A DNA stretch of 64,000 nt from Akkermansia muciniphila (GTDB lineage: Bacteria > Bacillota > Clostridia > Oscillospirales > CAG-272): NCBI GenBank assembly GCA_963611795.1, contig CAVDSZ010000008.1, forward strand, positions 24,715 to 88,714. The letters are read 5' to 3'. Shown piece by piece: positions 50,823-58,211 of the stretch. Within the stretch, counting starts at the first letter, position 1, and every line of letters begins with the position of its first letter. Below the pieces are notes generated by a model, which was given only the letters and a program-made list of their open reading frames with translations, had not been told where the DNA came from and did no database searches. Made by a program: the position numbers and the translations under genes.

Positions 50823-51025
50823 ACAAGAGAGAAGGGAGGGAGAAACCGCGTTCACACAAACGTCGACGCACTTTGTGCGGTAGAGCGTGCGAACGCGGTT
50901 AAAGCCCCCGTTCTTCTTAAAGTATAGGCAACCGACTCTGCTTTCTAATTCGAGTTGTTCAGCAAAATCGGTTGCCCATTACTTTATTTCGGGGGCTTGG
51001 TCTCCGCCCTTATCTCTTTGTCTCG
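50819..51025 (-). repeat. MITE-like element, short form (207 bp) downstream of and overlapping the tyrS stop
   Basis: CGAGACAAGAGA (50819-50830) and TCTCTTTGTCTCG (51013-51025) form the TIRs. Outer stem AACCGCGTTCACAC/GTGCGAACGCGGTT encloses only a short GCAC-AAA-GTGC hairpin. Hairpin 50927-50976. Confidence 0.85.
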
Positions 51026-52233
51026 AACTTGCGGTAGGTCTTTTTGCCACGCCGCACCAAAAGCCCCTCGGCGACCTCTTCTGCCGTGTACGTCTTGCGG
51101 AAGTCTGTCACCTTTTCGCCGTTGACCGTCACGCCGCCCTGTTCGACCGCGCGCCGCGCCTCGGAGCGCGAGGGCACCATGCCGCCCGTGACCATGAGCG
51201 AGAGGAGTGAAACCCGACCGTCCTCAAAAGCATCATCCCCGACGACGGTCGTCGGTGCATCGGCGTCCGACCCGCCGGAGAAGAGCGCACGCGATGCGTC
51301 GAGCGCCGCTTTTGCCTCTGCTGCGCCGTGGACCATTTTCGTCAGTTCATAGGCGAGAATCTCTTTCGCCTCATTGATGCGTCCGTCCTCCCAGGTTGCC
51401 ATTTCGTCAATCTGTTCAAGCGGCAGGAAGGTCAGCATACGGACGCACTTTATCACGTCCGCATCGTCGACGTTGCGCCAGTACTGGAAGAAGTCGTACG
51501 GCGAAGTCTTCTTCGGGTCGAGCCACACGGCATTGCCCGCCGTTTTGCCCATTTTCTTGCCCTGCGAGTCGGTCAGGAGCGTAATGGTCATCGCATAGGC
51601 ATCCTTGCCGAGTTTGCGACGAATGAGTTCCGTCCCGCCCAGCATATTCGACCACTGGTCGTCACCGCCAAACTGCATATTGCACCCGTACTTCTGGAAC
51701 ATATAGTAGAAGTCATACGACTGCATAATCATGTAGTTGAATTCGAGGAACGAAAGCCCCTTCTCCATGCGCTGTTTGTAGCACTCGGCGCGGAGCATAT
51801 TATTGACCGAGAAGCAGGCACCCACCTCACGGAGCAGCTCCACATAGTTGAGCGAAAGGAGCCAGTCGGCGTTGTTCAGCATCATTGCCTTGCCCTCGCC
51901 GAACTCGATGAATTTCTCCATCTGACGGCGGAAGCAGTCCGCGTTATGCGCGATATCCTCTTTTGTGAGCATCTTACGCATATCGGTGCGCCCTGAGGGG
52001 TCGCCAATCATGGTCGTACCGCCGCCAATCAGCGCGATCGGACGGTTCCCCGCCATTTGCAGACGCTTCATCAGCGTCAGCGCCATGAAATGCCCGGCAG
52101 TCAAACTGTCCGCGGTGCAGTCAAAGCCGATGTAGAACGTCGCCTTGCCCTCGTTGATCATCTCACGGATATGGTCTTCGTCCGTGACCTGCGCGATCAG
52201 CCCGCGCGCTACCAGTTCTTCGTATAATTTCAT
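51010..52233 (-). CDS. tyrS: Tyrosyl-tRNA synthetase
   Basis: FDCTADSLTAGH (HIGH-class), KMGKT (KMSKS), and a C-terminal S4 domain. The final ETKR* codons lie inside the repeat. Confidence 0.95.
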   Translation of the reverse strand: MKLYEELVARGLIAQVTDEDHIREMINEGKATFYIGFDCTADSLTAGHFMALTLMKRLQMAGNRPIALIGGGTTMIGDPSGRTDMRKMLTKEDIAHNADCFRRQMEKFIEFGEGKAMMLNNADWLLSLNYVELLREVGACFSVNNMLRAECYKQRMEKGLSFLEFNYMIMQSYDFYYMFQKYGCNMQFGGDDQWSNMLGGTELIRRKLGKDAYAMTITLLTDSQGKKMGKTAGNAVWLDPKKTSPYDFFQYWRNVDDADVIKCVRMLTFLPLEQIDEMATWEDGRINEAKEILAYELTKMVHGAAEAKAALDASRALFSGGSDADAPTTVVGDDAFEDGRVSLLSLMVTGGMVPSRSEARRAVEQGGVTVNGEKVTDFRKTYTAEEVAEGLLVRRGKKTYRKFETKR

Positions 52234-52274
52234 TGTTTTTCCCTCTTATCTGCATCGCGCCGCAAGGCGCTTTT

Positions 52275-53036
52275 TTAAGACAATACCCGAATCGGCGGCT
52301 CCGCCCTGACGATGACCTCGGCGTCCGTCGCCTCCGACACCAGTTGTTTCATGCGGTCGAGGATCCCGACCTCGGTGTAATAATGCCCTGCCTCGACGAG
52401 CGTGAGCCCCGCCGCCGCGGCATCCTGCATCACATGATAGCCGAACCGACCGGACACATAGGCGTCCGCACCGTTTGCCCGAGCGAGATCAATGAGGTCT
52501 TTCCCCTCACCGCCCGAGACCGCCACCCAGCGAACGGGTTTACCGGCGTCCGCAAGCGTGACCGCGGGTACGCCAAGCGCCTCTTTCACATGGAGGGCGA
52601 GTGCCTCCCCCGACATCGGGTGCCGCACGGTTCCCACTCGCAGGAGCCGCTCCTCCCCGAGCGTCTCCACGTTGGAGAGCCCGAGCGCGGCAGCGAGCAG
52701 GTCGGACACACCGTCATGCGCCGCATCGGCGCGGGTGTGAAAGCACGCGACGGAAATCCCCGCCACCGCGAGTCTCAGCGCCGTGCGCGCGCCCGGATCC
52801 TCGTAAGACAGGGTCGTCAGCGGATGAAACAGCAGGGGGTGATGCGACAGGATGAGATCCGCCCCCGCCTGTATCGCGGCATCGGCGGCGGCAGGCGTTA
52901 CATCGAGCGTCACCAGCACGCGGCGCACCCGCCGTTCGGGGTCGGGGCAGACCATGAGTCCGTCGCGGTCCCAGTCGAGGGAGAGCGACGGCGGGAACGC
53001 GAGGTTCAGGCGTTCATACAGATCTTTGACCGTCAT
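52275..53036 (-). CDS. Nif3-family dinuclear metal-centre protein (YqfO-like)
   Basis: DLILSHHPLLF...FHTRADAA...GGEGKD...SGRFGYH... 253 aa. Lies next to trmK, as in Bacillus. Confidence 0.85.
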   Translation of the reverse strand: MTVKDLYERLNLAFPPSLSLDWDRDGLMVCPDPERRVRRVLVTLDVTPAAADAAIQAGADLILSHHPLLFHPLTTLSYEDPGARTALRLAVAGISVACFHTRADAAHDGVSDLLAAALGLSNVETLGEERLLRVGTVRHPMSGEALALHVKEALGVPAVTLADAGKPVRWVAVSGGEGKDLIDLARANGADAYVSGRFGYHVMQDAAAAGLTLVEAGHYYTEVGILDRMKQLVSEATDAEVIVRAEPPIRVLS

Positions 53037-53722
53037 AAATAAGCCTCCATTCCGGCAAGCAGTTCTTCGTCCTCCGCGGTCGCCGCAGAAACGGAGCGGA
53101 GCCCGGAAACACGGCGGCGCACCGTCGCAATCTGCTCGGCAAGATAGGCGGGAAAAAGCGGGTGCCCCCGCCCCTCGCCGCGGGTATAATAGGCGCCGAG
53201 ATACGCGTCGAGCGGCGAGAGTATTTCCCGCTCACCGCCATAATGCACGCAAAGACAAGTGTACACGTGGCGCTTGACGCGCGCGAGCGTCTCACATTCG
53301 ATGACAAAGCCGTTTTCGGCAAGGTACTGCCGGAGCACCTGTGCACGGCTCATGGGTTGCAGAATCAGACGAATGTCCGCGTTTCGCACAAAGGGTGCCT
53401 CCGCGAGGATTGCGGCAATCATCTCGCCGCCCATGCCGCAGACGGTGATGTCGGTCGGACGGTACGCCTCAATGCCCCGGAGCCCGGGGGTCAGGACGAG
53501 GGCGAGCCTGTCCTCACCGATGCCGACAAATGCGGCAGTCTCTCGCGCGTGCGCCAGCGGCCCCGCCGAGATGTCCGAGGCAACGGCGAACGGGATCCGT
53601 CCGCCGCGGAGCAACGAAACAGGCAGGTAAGCGTGGTCCGTACCGATGTCGGCCAGTCGCGCCCCCTGCCTGACGAAGCCCGCCGCCGCACGCAGACGCG
53701 CGTCCGGTGTGACGGATTTCAT
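53033..53722 (-). CDS. trmK: tRNA (adenine22-N1)-methyltransferase TrmK
   Basis: LADIGTDHAYLPVSLL..., ITVCGMGGEMI. 229 aa. Confidence 0.85.
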   Translation of the reverse strand: MKSVTPDARLRAAAGFVRQGARLADIGTDHAYLPVSLLRGGRIPFAVASDISAGPLAHARETAAFVGIGEDRLALVLTPGLRGIEAYRPTDITVCGMGGEMIAAILAEAPFVRNADIRLILQPMSRAQVLRQYLAENGFVIECETLARVKRHVYTCLCVHYGGEREILSPLDAYLGAYYTRGEGRGHPLFPAYLAEQIATVRRRVSGLRSVSAATAEDEELLAGMEAYL

Positions 53723-53932
53723 TTACCGCTTCGCGATGACTTCGTTCAGCGTGTCGATGAGTTCCGCGACGTTCGCGCCGTGTACCATGCACGCGTCCTC
53801 AATGCTCTCCCCGCGGGAATGCGGGCAGCCGAGGCAGTGCATACCGATTGCCATGAAATAAGGAGCAGTTTCCGGATACATATCCAGTACGTCACCGATA
53901 ATCATTTCTTTCGTAATTGCCATATCAAACAC
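53723..53932 (-). CDS. DUF1858-domain protein (hybrid-cluster-associated redox disulfide domain)
   Basis: ITKEMIIGDVLDMYPETAPYFMAIGMHCLGCPHSRGESIEDAC. 69 aa. Confidence 0.75.
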   Translation of the reverse strand: MFDMAITKEMIIGDVLDMYPETAPYFMAIGMHCLGCPHSRGESIEDACMVHGANVAELIDTLNEVIAKR

Positions 53933-54148
53933 GACCCGTATGGGTCATTCTCCTTTCCAAAGTACGACTAAATTATATCTGCATTCTTCCCCGCTGTCAA
54001 GAGATTTTACACACCCTGTCCGCGACTCTCTCCCCTCGTCGCGCGACCGCCGGGATACCGCCCGCCGGCTCACGGCGGAACCGCGCGTAAGAATCGCGTC
54101 CGAACAGACGCCCGGGGAATCGGAGCCACCCGCGATGCGACGTCCGCC

Positions 54149-54828
54149 GTGATTGGGGCGGTCGCTGTTTTTTCAAAAATCCTATTGACAATCTGCTCGA
54201 CAGCCATGAGCGGTTACTCGACGGTTGAGAGCCCGGCGGCTTCGGCAAACGTCCCCGTAATCGCCGTCAATTATGACGACTTCTCGGACTACCTTAAGTG
54301 GTTCAAGGTGTTCTGCAACCTGACGGGGCACACCGAACTCTGGGATAGCGTCGCCATGAAAGCTCTCGACGAGGTCGTGGAAGTGCTTGCCGAAATCCCC
54401 GCAGACAACGGCACGAAAGTATTCTCCATGTTCTCCGGCTCGAAAAGCCTGCAGGCAAACACCTCCGCCACGGTGGTCGGCGGCATGGTGAAAGCGATGA
54501 ACTGCTCCAACATCGCCGACTCGTGGCAGGGCACGCTCGACAGCAGCGGCAGACGGGACATCGACCTGGAGACCGTGTTCGCGGCGAACCCTGACATCAT
54601 TATCGTCCAGTGCCACGCCGGTGCGGACGTCGCCAAAAAACAGTGGAAGACACCTATGGCTCGAACCCCGTCTGGCAGTCGCTGAACGCCGTGAAGAACG
54701 GTAAGGTCTTTTACCTTGAAAAGACGCTCTTCCACAACAAGCCGAACAGCCGCTTCGCAGAGGCTTACCAGAAACTCGCGGAAATTCTGTACCCGGACGT
54801 GAATTTCTCGTTCAAGGCGACTAAATGA
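54149..54828 (+). pseudogene. Remnant of an iron/haem/cobalamin-type ABC substrate-binding protein (5'-truncated and frameshifted)
   Basis: Only the C-terminal lobe is present (..VPVIAVNYDD...DLETVFAANPDIIIV..). The frame switches at the A6 run 54635-54640 to ..YGSNPVWQSLNAVKNGKVFYLEKTLFHNKPNSRFAEAYQKLAEILYP. No signal peptide and no N-lobe. Confidence 0.65.
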
Positions 54829-56081
54829 TTTTTACGGAACGCTTCCGCACGCACCATGACGCCTCACGCAAGCTGAAGAACAAATACGCTTCCCCTATTT
54901 CGGGGGAAGCGTATTTGCCGAAGATTCTGGCGGGGAGTGCCGCCGGCCGCCGGGTCATCTATCTCCACGTCCCTTTCTGTAACAAGGTCTGCACCTTCTG
55001 CCCTTTTCACCGCCCGGACGAACTCAGCCGCCGGGCGTATCATCACTACCTCATCGCGCAGATACACGCGCTTTGCACATACCCTTTCATGCAGGGACCG
55101 ATTGACGCGGTGAACTTCGGCGGCGGCACGTCGACTTCCCTCTCGCCGGAGCAGATGGCGGCGGTTCTCGCCACCCTGCGGGAATGCTTTACGTTCACGC
55201 CGGTGGCGGAAATCAGCGTGGAGACCTCCGCGACCGAACTCACGGACGAAATGCTCGCGGTGCTGACGGCGGGGGGTGTCAACCGCCTGTCCGTCGGGAT
55301 TCAGACCTTTGACGACGGGATTCGGAAGTTGCTCGGTCGGCGCGGCAGCGGCGAGTTTGCCGCGTCGCGCGTTGCGGCGGCAATGAGGGCGGGTATCCCG
55401 AATACCGGCGTTGACCTGATTGACAACTACCCCGGGCAGACCGATGCGCAACTCCTCTCCGACCTCGCCCGTATCCGGGCACTGGACGCCGCAGGCGTTT
55501 CGTTTTATTCCCTGATGCTGCACGAAAAAACGCCGCTGTACCGTCGTCTCGGCGAAGCGGAAAAGGCGTCCATGCGGAATCTTTCCCGCGAGAGGGAACT
55601 CTTTGACAGGATTCTCGGCACGCTCGGCGAGAGCGGCTACCGCATGATGGAACTCACGAAACTCGTGAAAGCCGGTCGCGACCGCTATGATTATATGGAA
55701 ATCCGGCATAACGGCGGGAGTTGTATCGCAGTAGGGCACGGCGCCGGCGGGAACATCGGCGATTATTTCTACCACAATTCCCATAGCGTGCCGGGTATCT
55801 CCGAGGAGATTCGCATCTGCTCGCGCGGCAGGGTTCTGCTCCCGGCATACCGCGATGTCGATGCCCTGATTTGGGAGTTGCAGAAAGGGCGTGCCGACCT
55901 CGCCGCCCACTCGGAGAGGCTCGGCGTCGATCTCATGGCGCTGTTCGGCGAGACGCTCGCGGAACTCGCCGGGGACGGGTATCTGACCGTTTCGGGCAGT
56001 ACCGTGACGCTCACCCGAGAGGGCGTGTTCTTCGGAAACAATATTATTTCCTGTCTGATCGGACATCTCACGGGAGACTGA
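54825..56081 (+). CDS. Radical-SAM enzyme of the HemN/coproporphyrinogen-III-oxidase-like family (possibly ChuW/HutW-type)
   Basis: YLHVPFCNKVCTFCPF (CxxxCxxC), GGGTSTSL, and a HemN_C-like tail. The ChuW/HutW suggestion rests only on adjacency to the binding-protein remnant. Confidence 0.75.
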   Translation: MIFTERFRTHHDASRKLKNKYASPISGEAYLPKILAGSAAGRRVIYLHVPFCNKVCTFCPFHRPDELSRRAYHHYLIAQIHALCTYPFMQGPIDAVNFGGGTSTSLSPEQMAAVLATLRECFTFTPVAEISVETSATELTDEMLAVLTAGGVNRLSVGIQTFDDGIRKLLGRRGSGEFAASRVAAAMRAGIPNTGVDLIDNYPGQTDAQLLSDLARIRALDAAGVSFYSLMLHEKTPLYRRLGEAEKASMRNLSRERELFDRILGTLGESGYRMMELTKLVKAGRDRYDYMEIRHNGGSCIAVGHGAGGNIGDYFYHNSHSVPGISEEIRICSRGRVLLPAYRDVDALIWELQKGRADLAAHSERLGVDLMALFGETLAELAGDGYLTVSGSTVTLTREGVFFGNNIISCLIGHLTGD

Positions 56082-56086
56082 CGGCG

Positions 56087-56123
56087 GAGCCGGGCACCTC
56101 CGGAGGGTACCCGGCTCTTTTGT
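56087..56123 (+). terminator. Rho-independent terminator
   Basis: Stem GAGCCGGG / CCCGGCTC, then TTTTGT. Confidence 0.65.
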
Positions 56124-56262
56124 CGGTGCGCCCCGACGCAGGCGGCGCGTTTTCGCGCATGGACTCTTTACAATATGGGAATTTTATGTTAAGATAATGT
56201 GATTGAATTGATTTTTCGGCCGCGGCGCCGTGCGCCGTGTTCCGCCATGGAGGTATTCCGTT

Positions 56263-57372
56263 TTGATTATCGCGCTGGAAGAAGCGAAACGCCGTCTTTC
56301 CGCCCTTGCACCGTCGGTGAAGCAACTCCGCGAGTCGCTTCGCATCGACGCACTCACCGAAGAGGCGAAAGAACTGGAAGCAAAGACCTACGCCCCGGAC
56401 TTCTGGGAGAATCAGGAGACGTCGGGCGTGACCCTGAAACAACTGAAACGTCTGAAAGACACCATTGAGGAATACGAGGCACTCTCGACCCGTTTCGACG
56501 ACGCCGTGGTACTGACCGAAATGGCAATCGAAGAGGACGACGAGGGCTCCGTCGAGGAAGTCACAAAAGAAGTGGACTTTCTCGAGCGCGAAGCCGAACG
56601 CCTGCGGCTCGAGACGCTCCTGACGGGCGAATATGACCACAACAACGCAATTCTCTCGTTCCACCCGGGCGCGGGCGGTACGGAGGCGCAGGACTGGGCT
56701 TCCATGCTGTACCGTATGTACTCCCGCTGGGGTGAGGCGCACGGCTATACCGTGAAACTCATCGACTGGCTGGACGGTGAAGAAGCCGGACTAAAATCCG
56801 CCACCCTGATGATTGAGGGCCCGTGGGCATACGGGTATCTCAAGAGTGAGAACGGCGTCCACCGCCTCGTCCGCATTTCCCCGTTCGACGCCTCCGGCAG
56901 ACGGCAGACCTCGTTCGCGTCCGTGGAGGTCATGCCCGAACTCGATGACGACAACAGCGTGGAGATTCGCCCCGAGGACATCGAGGTGACGGCGCACCGT
57001 TCGTCGGGCGCCGGCGGTCAGCATATCAATAAGACCGACTCCGCGATTCGTATCGTCCACCTGCCGACGGGAATTGTCGTCGGGTGCCAGACCGAGCGCT
57101 CCCAGCTCCAGAACAAGGAGACGGCAATGAAAATGCTGCGCTCCAAACTCATGGAGATTAAGATGCGCGAACACCTCGATAAAATCTCCGACATTCAGGG
57201 GGTCAAGACCAATATCGAATGGGGCGCGCAGATTCGCTCCTACGTATTCATGCCCTACACGCTGGCGAAAGACACGCGCACAGGGTATGAAAACGGAAAT
57301 ATCCAAGCCGTCATGGACGGTGACATCGACGGCTTCATCGACGCCTATCTCACCGCCAACTCCAAAAAATAA
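56263..57372 (+). CDS. prfB: Peptide chain release factor 2, single uninterrupted frame
   Basis: SPF motif (RISPFDASGRRQTSF) and GGQ (SGAGGQHINKTDSA). Start assigned to TTG 56263, 8 nt after GGAGG. No in-frame TGA at the canonical frameshift position. Confidence 0.9.
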   Translation: MIIALEEAKRRLSALAPSVKQLRESLRIDALTEEAKELEAKTYAPDFWENQETSGVTLKQLKRLKDTIEEYEALSTRFDDAVVLTEMAIEEDDEGSVEEVTKEVDFLEREAERLRLETLLTGEYDHNNAILSFHPGAGGTEAQDWASMLYRMYSRWGEAHGYTVKLIDWLDGEEAGLKSATLMIEGPWAYGYLKSENGVHRLVRISPFDASGRRQTSFASVEVMPELDDDNSVEIRPEDIEVTAHRSSGAGGQHINKTDSAIRIVHLPTGIVVGCQTERSQLQNKETAMKMLRSKLMEIKMREHLDKISDIQGVKTNIEWGAQIRSYVFMPYTLAKDTRTGYENGNIQAVMDGDIDGFIDAYLTANSKK

Positions 57373-57389
57373 TTAGGGAGAGAACGCAC

Positions 57390-57683
57390 ATGAAGGATTT
57401 TGTCAAGAAGTACCGCTTCATTCTGATGATTGTACTGTTTGCACAGGCGGTCACGCTGTTTTTTCTGTTCCTGTCGCAGGTAGGCAGACGGCGCAGTCTG
57501 GCGGACGCATTCCTTGCCCTGTCGGCGAGCGACACCATGGTGACGTTCCTTCTGTACCTCGGCTATCTCGGGGAGAAACGGGAGAAAAAGGCGCGCACGG
57601 AGACGCGCGAGCAGATGCGGGAGGATCCGGACGGATTCGAGATTCCGCTCGATGATACGGCGAGAGCCCGTGACTTCCGATAA
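57390..57683 (+). CDS. Small membrane protein, unknown function (97 aa)
   Basis: Two predicted TM helices, then a charged tail. ATG preceded by GGGAGAG. Followed directly by a repeat element. Confidence 0.5.
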   Translation: MKDFVKKYRFILMIVLFAQAVTLFFLFLSQVGRRRSLADAFLALSASDTMVTFLLYLGYLGEKREKKARTETREQMREDPDGFEIPLDDTARARDFR

Positions 57684-57995
57684 CGAGACAAGTGTGAGAA
57701 GCGCAGAACAAGCGCCCTGAATAAGGGCAAATAAAGGGCAACCGATATTGACTGTTCTTTGTACGAAAGAAAGCCGTGTCGGTTGCCTATTCTTTAAGAA
57801 CCGACGGGCGCTTTAGTCCCGAAAACGGTCTCTGCCGTACAACGTAAAGCAACCCTCATTCAAAAAGCGGGTGCATTTCCGCTATGCGGAAATGTGTGAG
57901 CGAACAAACGGTTTCCCCGAACAAATCATAATGTTCGCTGGTATGTGCGACGAGCCCCGTTTTCGGGACTTCTGCATCTTCTCACGCTTGTCTCA
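57684..57995 (+). repeat. MITE-like element, full-length long form (312 bp), + orientation
   Basis: Ends CGAGACAAGTGTGAGAA (57684-57700) and TTCTCACGCTTGTCTCA (57979-57995) match as inverted repeats at 15/17. Hairpin 57737-57787. Outer stem 57815-57828 / 57957-57970. Core copy 3 at 57874-57939. Confidence 0.85.
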
Positions 57996-58134
57996 GGGTA
58001 CAAAAGTTGAGCAATAGCTGGCGCACAGATATAAAAAGTAAAGGTATTTTCGCGTCAGCGAAAATACATCAGGCAAACAAACGGTGTCTCAGACCAAAGA
58101 AGAACGTTTGCCGTGGCTGGCGCAGATAAGGGCG
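57996..58134 (+). repeat. MITE-like element, partial second copy (contains core copy 4 at 58045-58112)
   Basis: GGTACAAAAGTTGAGCAATAGCTGGCGCA (matches 7468-7499 reverse complement), then core 4, then GCTGGCGCAGATAAGGGCGG. Similarity ends after that. Confidence 0.75.
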
Positions 58135-58211
58135 GCGCGTCTTGCGGCGGTGTGGTATTTGTTCACATTTTTGTGCTATACTGGTAGTAATAAGGTAAAG
58201 GAGACCCGACC

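Noticed and set aside
50259-50855. A 198-aa minus-strand ORF with an internal peptide repeat (GHTGQALAGVRGAKNMGKKYTGARSSCP / GYTDQALAGARGAKSAGKKYMGARSSCP).
   Set aside because: The peptide repeat is just the translation of the 115-bp DNA repeats. The ORF overlaps the XRE gene and its terminator on the other strand. It runs through hairpins and T-runs, and it has no RBS.
56199-56468. An upstream ORF (ATG at 56246) as frame 0 of a programmed +1 frameshift in prfB.
   Set aside because: That frame does not terminate near the canonical site. There is no CTT TGA C or similar shifty stop. The RF2 frame is continuous from a TTG with a good Shine-Dalgarno sequence.
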